Shown here: positions 58,222-64,000 of the stretch, piece by piece
Numbering within the stretch: the first letter of the stretch is position 1
Layout of the letters: each line of letters begins with the position of its first letter
Source: Promethearchaeota archaeon
Lineage (GTDB): Archaea > Asgardarchaeota > Lokiarchaeia > Sigyniarchaeales > SOKP01
Length of the DNA: 64,000 bases
Assembly: GCA_019058445.1 (NCBI GenBank)
Contig: JAHPZA010000010.1
Location: 32,001 to 96,000 of the forward strand
Direction: 5' to 3'
Translations under genes and position numbers: made by a program
Notes under the pieces: model-generated
Told to the model about the DNA's origin: nothing
The model's input: the letters and a program-made list of their open reading frames with translations, nothing else
The model's database searches: none

Positions 58222-59133
58222 TTATATTTTTCTTCTATTTTTAAGAAATAATAGATCTAAAATCTCTTTATAACGTTTACATAGAGTTATATTTGTAATT
58301 CCTGCTACTTTAGCTATTTCTTTTTGGCTAATTTTTATATTTATATTTATCATTTTACAAACCAGATACAATGCGCTAGCAGCAATAACTCTTGGATCTT
58401 GACCAGTTGAGCAAGATCTTGATGTAAATGCTCTGATTATTTTTATTGTGGGAGATTCCACTTTTATATCTAAATGCAAATCCGAAATTAATCGTGGAAT
58501 GAATGATATTGGATCTGGAGGGGGTGGTTTTAAATTTAATTCTTTAATAAGAGCCTTATAGCAATGATATACTTTTTTTGAATTTTCATGCTTTAAGTCT
58601 GTTTTATTTGAAATCTCTTTTAATGATCTTGAAATTTGATTTACTCTACAAACGTAAAATATACAAGCAGCAACCATTCCATTAATACTTCTCCCGCTTA
58701 GTATATTATTTTTAAGATATCTTTTATATAATGCCATTGCCATATCTTTAACATAATTTGGTAATCTCAAACCTGCTGTAATTCGTTTTATTTCATTACC
58801 AGCAATAATTATATTTTTTTCATGCCATTCAATCAATTTATCCTTTTTTGCTGCTCTTTTCAAATCTGGATTTCTAATTTTATTAGTTTTTATAATTGTG
58901 CTATGGTTAAGATTTGAGAAAATGGTTTGAGGGGGTCCTGTTATAATTTTTTTTTCCATTTCTTCTGAAGTAAAAAATCTCGTGCCAAAGCTGAAATTTA
59001 CAATATTTCTTTCACTTATTATCAATCCACAATTATTACAGACAATTTCTCCTTTTTCTTTTATAAAAGTATCTTTGCCACCGCATTCGAGACATTCTGA
59101 TTTCTCTATAGTTGGAGGAGAGTCTGCTTCCAT
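58222..59133 (-). CDS. tfb: Transcription initiation factor IIB paralogue
   Basis: CLECGG...GEIVCNNCG Zn ribbon; two cyclin repeats (GRSINGMVAACIF; GQDPRVIAASALY...SQKEIAKVAGIT). Confidence 0.88.
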   Translation of the reverse strand: MEADSPPTIEKSECLECGGKDTFIKEKGEIVCNNCGLIISERNIVNFSFGTRFFTSEEMEKKIITGPPQTIFSNLNHSTIIKTNKIRNPDLKRAAKKDKLIEWHEKNIIIAGNEIKRITAGLRLPNYVKDMAMALYKRYLKNNILSGRSINGMVAACIFYVCRVNQISRSLKEISNKTDLKHENSKKVYHCYKALIKELNLKPPPPDPISFIPRLISDLHLDIKVESPTIKIIRAFTSRSCSTGQDPRVIAASALYLVCKMININIKISQKEIAKVAGITNITLCKRYKEILDLLFLKNRRKI

Positions 59134-59461
59134 ACGAAAGGCCTTTTGATTTTATTTTAAAAAAAGAGTTGAATTAAATTTTTAAGAGAAGTCTATAATG
59201 TATATAAAAAATATTATATATAAACTCACTTTAGTATTAAGCAAAATAATTTTTGATTCGCTTAAAACTAATAAATTTTTCAAATGAGTTCAAAAAAATT
59301 TTTAACAAATTTTTATTGTAGAATTAATCATTTATATAGCTAAATTTTAAAATAATATTTAATCCTATAGTTTACTATATTTTGTAAACTATTTTTCAAA
59401 AGGAATAAAAACTTAAATAAAATAAATCTAAAAATAAAAACCTTCGGGGATTAAAATTTAT

Positions 59462-62400
59462 ATATCAAATACAAAAAAAAATAAAAGAAGACTTGTAGTT
59501 TTATTTTTTCTCCTCGGATTAGCTTATGCAAACTTTGCTACTATTAACTTACTTAATTATTCAGGTATCTCAACAACTGAAAGCGGTTTAGACAATGATA
59601 TCTCTCCTTTAGACGAGAAAATAATTGAATCAGCCTCTTACTCTGACACTATTGAACAGGCTGGAGATAATATTCTGATCACCCAGCACCAATCAATCAA
59701 TAATACCGGGGATCCTCTCTATGAGATAACAGATTTTGACAGCACTCAAAATCGATCCTTTGAAGTGGATGCTCCTGCTGATGCTGATTTTAACTCATTA
59801 TATGCAGAGATAAAAGTGGAAGATATTTATGCTCCCAATAAAATTTTTATAGTCGAGAACGCTGGTTCTGGTAGAGAAAATACCAATAATATTGTTTTTG
59901 CTGGTTTTAGGGTGGGTAGTGATTGTACTCTATCAAATCTCTCAATAGAAGTAAGAAATAACGCCGGAACACAAGAACGATTTGATGTAAATATATATAA
60001 TGCAACATGGGATAATGGATATAATAGACCAGATACGGATCTAAATGGCATATTTACTGATGTCGATCAAATTCTTGTAAATCCTACGGGTTCATCAAAT
60101 GTATGGGTAATGTCTTCTATATTTAATTTTCCCTTAGATATTAGTAATACAGCCAATAATAGTTTCTTTGTTTCAGTCTCATCCATTCCAGGAAATGGTC
60201 AATGGGTATATGATGGAGATCCGGATGATAATTCAGATACCTTCTTAGGGGTAAGTGAGACTTGGACTGATCAAGATCAACATCTAATCTTGAATTTTAC
60301 TTTAGCTGACAACACCCCCACACCTGAAGCCATAAATATGAAGATAAATGGAACTGCAGTTGTTAATGGAGTTGGTAATGCTGGAACATGGACAAATAAT
60401 ACAGCCTTGCCAAGCAAAAATAATCAATTGAATTTCACGCTTGATGCTGGGTGGTGGGATGTCCAATGTAATATTACCAAGATTCAAGTTAATTATACTA
60501 AGACTAGCATATATGGAATTGCCAATTTTACAGCATCTACCACTGAGGATACGGTCTATTGGAATGTAACGATGAGCGATCTTATTAATGACTTTGAAGG
60601 AACATTTGAAAATCCCTACATAAATTTCACGATACCGTCTCACTGGCAAGATGTTCAAGTGTGGAATGGCGGTACGCAAAAAACTATTCTTATAACAAGA
60701 GAATTAGGCACAGGATACAATGAGACACAAGTTATTAATGCTGATAACGGTAACTTTTGGTTCTTGAACGCGACATCCTCAAATCTAATATCTGATACTC
60801 AGGGGATTCGGACATATGTGAATGATAATAATCTTGATACAATAGATTATACTAAAGAAATAGAAATTAATGCTACTTTTTCACAAAGTATAATAGATAA
60901 CAATGGAGAATTTAATCTAAGCATATATAACCATGATTTACCAAGAAATTTAAACCATAGTTTTGATCTTTCTATTTTTACAGGAGGAACAGAAATATAT
61001 ATTCAAAATTGGACTATTAGGGATAATGTAACTTTATATGAAAAGCTTAGAGTTCAAGTGTTATGGAGTAATGGGACTGATGTTGGGTTTCGAGAAAAAA
61101 TAATTACTATATTAGGAGAGACCGAAATTCAATCTTCCATACCAGTTGGAAAGACTACTTTCGACTCTGATGAACATTTTAATATCACAGTACTTTACAA
61201 CGATACCGGAAAGGAAGAGGGAATTTTTACCAATATGCTGAACTATAGTATAGAAGGAAATACATTCCGCAGTGATAGGATTAAATACATCGGTAATGGT
61301 GAATATAACATTACTATATACTGCAATGATAATGAATTTGGAGGATATGGACAGAAAAGCATAGTAATTCATGCAAATAAGACTTATTATCACAATCAAA
61401 CTGATACAGTCGATATTGAAATATTAGCAGATACCAGCTTCCAAATTTTAGCGGGAGCAGGACCTTCAAATTATGATTCAAATGAAATCTTCAATATTAC
61501 AATTGAATATAATGATACGGTGTTAGATCAAGGAATTGTTACAAATCAAATTAATTATAGTATTGATGGAAACGCATTTCGAGGAGATAATGTAGAATAT
61601 ATAGGTGATGGGCAATATAATATTACTATATATTGTAATGACACAGAGTTTGGAGATTACGGTCTAAAAACCATTTTAATCCATGCAAATAAAACTAGTT
61701 ATCACAATCGTACCGATACAGTTGATATTACAATTACAGGAGTCACAGAGTTGATTATTGAGAATCCTTCTCCAGATTCGTTGTATTATTCTACTGACAC
61801 GTTTAATATTACAGTTTACTATAGGGACATTTCAAGAGACCAAGGGATTTTTAGTGCCTCTAATCGAGAATATAAACTTAATGATACTGCTAATTATCGT
61901 TCAGATAACTGGAATGAACTCGAAAATGGTAGGTATAATATCACTATTAATTGTAATACTGTGGAATTTTATCCATATGGACAATATACTATTACTATTA
62001 ATCTCAGTAAAGGAAATTATTATGAAGCGAGTAAAACTCTTGATGTGATTTTAATAGGAAATACCTCTTTAGATATAATTAATCCAACAGGAACTCCTAC
62101 ATATCTTCCCGACGAAATATTTAATATTACAGTAAGTTTCGATGATGTTGTTAGAACTGAAGGTATAGGTAATGCTATGCTAAATTATTCTATAGATAAT
62201 GGGAACAATTATATTTGGGATAATATCACTTATATCGGAAATGGAAATTATAATTTGACAGTCTATTCAAGTGCATTTGGTAGTAACTATGGATTATTAA
62301 AAATCATAGTAAACACCTCTAAGGATTATTACATCAATAGGTCAGTTGAACTTGAGTTAAATAGGGTTATTGGAACTGAAATTATTCCATTTAATAATAT

Positions 62401-64000
62401 CGGAACAACTACTAGAGAACTTAATATAAGCTTTACATTTAATTATACTGATGTAAATGGGAATGTAGTTGATAATGCCAAATGGCTCGTTCCTGGGGCT
62501 GATTATGGTTTTGTGGGATCATTATCTCAGCAGGGTAATGGTAATTACACAATTGAGCTAAATACTAGCAATGTGGTTGCAAGTGAAACAGCTTACTCCT
62601 TTGTTTTTAGAATTTATGCTGATGGAAATTTATCTCAAGATATAACACTGATAATTACAGTGCTATTACCAAGAACAGAATTTGTAAATTTTACAAATAA
62701 TATCATTGGTGGAATAGTTCCTGCAGGATTCAATTTAACAATCACGTTCTACTTCAATGACACTCTTAAGAATAAACCAATAATAGGATTGGATTATAGA
62801 AACGTTTCTGTATGGGACTTAGAATATGATGTAAATTGGACAAGAGGATTTGGTTATATACTTTGGAATCATGGTAACGGGAACTATACTTTGAATATTA
62901 GTACTTCTGGGTTAACTGCTGGTAACCTATATAGAATCAGGATAACTCTTTCTTATACATCTCCTAATCCAGGACCATATAATGATACAATTAGAATCGT
63001 ACAATTTTATTATGCGAGCAGTACTACAATAACACCTTCTGATGGAGGAGGTGGTGGAGGTGGCGGAGGTGGCGGTACAACAGTGACAGGAATAGCTGCC
63101 GAAACACTTATGTTCTACATTATAATTATCGCTGCCGTAGTTGGGCTTGTAGCTGCTATCGTAGGTGTACAAAAAGGTGTAATTGCTCCAAAGAAGCGTG
63201 AAAAAGAAAGAATTCTACGAGAAGTAACAACGGTATTCGACGATGCCATTAATATGGAGCATCTACTTGTCATCTTTAAAGGTACTGGTACCTGTATATT
63301 CTTTAAATCCTATGGAATGGAGGAAATTGACCCTGAATTAATTAGCGGTTTCTTAACAGCCGTGTCTTCGTTTGGAAGAGAAATGGATTCTCAAGAAGCA
63401 TTAAATGAAATTAAATATGGCGATAAAATGCTTTTGTTAGCTGATGGACTATTTATCAGAGTCGCATTAGTATTAGAGAAAAGCGCTTCTATCATACTAC
63501 GTCAACACTTAAAAGATTTCATTGAGGCGTTTGAAATTGCCTACACTGATGAATTACCGAAATGGAAAGGGCAAATCAATGTTTTTAGAGATGCGGGAGA
63601 TCTCGTTGATGAAAAACTGCATACATCAATTATTTTACCTCATGAAATTAAATATGATTTAGGAAAAGTCAAGGCATTAAAAAATCCTCACTCTAAAGTC
63701 GTTTTAAAAGTCGCAAATAGTTTAGTCGATGAATCAGATCGGAAATTCTTCTTTATAGCCACCCTTTTAATTGAAGCTGTTGATAAAACCGGGAAAGATA
63801 AAGCAGAAATCTTTATGGGTATTAAGGAATTAAGAGACTCTGGATTATTATCAGCGATTCAATTAACAACTATCGAGGAACAACCGGTTTCTCAGCAGGA
63901 ATTGAATTTAATTAGCCAGAAACTTCAAGAAATACCAGACTTAACAGATGGAGAACGTCAGAAACTGGTAAATGATGTGGCAAAAATGAGTCCTGCGGAG
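59462..64000 (+). CDS. Very large (>1500 aa) single-pass surface glycoprotein with Ig-like repeats, poly-Gly linker, TM helix and cytoplasmic longin-like domain; 3'-partial; absent from ORF track
   Basis: The reading frame is the same at 59438 and at the window end, and the track reports no stop-terminated ORF in it. Signal-like KKNKRRLVVLFFLLGLAYA, many N-x-S/T sequons, Gly11 at 63044-63076, TM ~63104-63170, then HLLVIFKGTGTCIF...DPELISGFLTAVSSFGREM. Confidence 0.85.
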   Translation, partial: MSNTKKNKRRLVVLFFLLGLAYANFATINLLNYSGISTTESGLDNDISPLDEKIIESASYSDTIEQAGDNILITQHQSINNTGDPLYEITDFDSTQNRSFEVDAPADADFNSLYAEIKVEDIYAPNKIFIVENAGSGRENTNNIVFAGFRVGSDCTLSNLSIEVRNNAGTQERFDVNIYNATWDNGYNRPDTDLNGIFTDVDQILVNPTGSSNVWVMSSIFNFPLDISNTANNSFFVSVSSIPGNGQWVYDGDPDDNSDTFLGVSETWTDQDQHLILNFTLADNTPTPEAINMKINGTAVVNGVGNAGTWTNNTALPSKNNQLNFTLDAGWWDVQCNITKIQVNYTKTSIYGIANFTASTTEDTVYWNVTMSDLINDFEGTFENPYINFTIPSHWQDVQVWNGGTQKTILITRELGTGYNETQVINADNGNFWFLNATSSNLISDTQGIRTYVNDNNLDTIDYTKEIEINATFSQSIIDNNGEFNLSIYNHDLPRNLNHSFDLSIFTGGTEIYIQNWTIRDNVTLYEKLRVQVLWSNGTDVGFREKIITILGETEIQSSIPVGKTTFDSDEHFNITVLYNDTGKEEGIFTNMLNYSIEGNTFRSDRIKYIGNGEYNITIYCNDNEFGGYGQKSIVIHANKTYYHNQTDTVDIEILADTSFQILAGAGPSNYDSNEIFNITIEYNDTVLDQGIVTNQINYSIDGNAFRGDNVEYIGDGQYNITIYCNDTEFGDYGLKTILIHANKTSYHNRTDTVDITITGVTELIIENPSPDSLYYSTDTFNITVYYRDISRDQGIFSASNREYKLNDTANYRSDNWNELENGRYNITINCNTVEFYPYGQYTITINLSKGNYYEASKTLDVILIGNTSLDIINPTGTPTYLPDEIFNITVSFDDVVRTEGIGNAMLNYSIDNGNNYIWDNITYIGNGNYNLTVYSSAFGSNYGLLKIIVNTSKDYYINRSVELELNRVIGTEIIPFNNIGTTTRELNISFTFNYTDVNGNVVDNAKWLVPGADYGFVGSLSQQGNGNYTIELNTSNVVASETAYSFVFRIYADGNLSQDITLIITVLLPRTEFVNFTNNIIGGIVPAGFNLTITFYFNDTLKNKPIIGLDYRNVSVWDLEYDVNWTRGFGYILWNHGNGNYTLNISTSGLTAGNLYRIRITLSYTSPNPGPYNDTIRIVQFYYASSTTITPSDGGGGGGGGGGGTTVTGIAAETLMFYIIIIAAVVGLVAAIVGVQKGVIAPKKREKERILREVTTVFDDAINMEHLLVIFKGTGTCIFFKSYGMEEIDPELISGFLTAVSSFGREMDSQEALNEIKYGDKMLLLADGLFIRVALVLEKSASIILRQHLKDFIEAFEIAYTDELPKWKGQINVFRDAGDLVDEKLHTSIILPHEIKYDLGKVKALKNPHSKVVLKVANSLVDESDRKFFFIATLLIEAVDKTGKDKAEIFMGIKELRDSGLLSAIQLTTIEEQPVSQQELNLISQKLQEIPDLTDGERQKLVNDVAKMSPAE
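61150..62370 (+). repeat. About four tandem ~100-aa Ig-like coding repeats
   Basis: Recurring FNITxxYxD...IG(N/D)GxYNITIYCND.EFG.YG.K.I.IHANKT.YHN.TDTVDI units; the first two are highly similar at DNA level. Confidence 0.7.

Noticed and set aside
59827-63172. Track ORFs 59827, 60302, 61112, 61758 and 62927
   Set aside because: All lie within or antisense to the giant + strand gene, which the track omitted because it has no stop in the window.
1-64000. CRISPR array, rRNA or intact tRNA genes
   Set aside because: No regularly spaced repeats or complete structural RNA genes were seen by eye; only the tRNA-Ala fragment.

Overview
AT-rich archaeal chromosome segment, inferred to be from an Asgard archaeon (Lokiarchaeia-like). 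The inference rests on an actin-family protein, longin/roadblock proteins, Rab-like small GTPases, an MPN/JAMM-TPR protein and TFB alongside housekeeping genes (folD, purH, guaB, mutM, acdB). The main finding is a hidden selenoprotein cluster at 46.2-47.7 kb that the ORF track misses or truncates. It has three tandem small paralogues (likely HesB/IscA-like fold). The two outer genes carry an in-frame UGA at the same aligned position (U-x4-C motif), each followed by a eukaryote-type 3'UTR SECIS with compensatory stem changes and a second conserved hairpin. The middle paralogue has Cys at that position and no SECIS. Other notable items: a solo TnpB with a Fanzor-type rearranged RuvC site and a structured 3' end; a decayed accessory island (split LAGLIDADG gene, HEPN-like gene, tRNA-Ala fragment, degenerate Cdc6); an actin with a double zinc-ribbon insertion; an SSUH2-like protein; tandem SERCA-type ATPases; and two large receptor-like membrane proteins running off the window ends. 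One of these has a premature TAA and a cytoplasmic RING-like finger; the other has no canonical start codon and a cytoplasmic longin-like domain.
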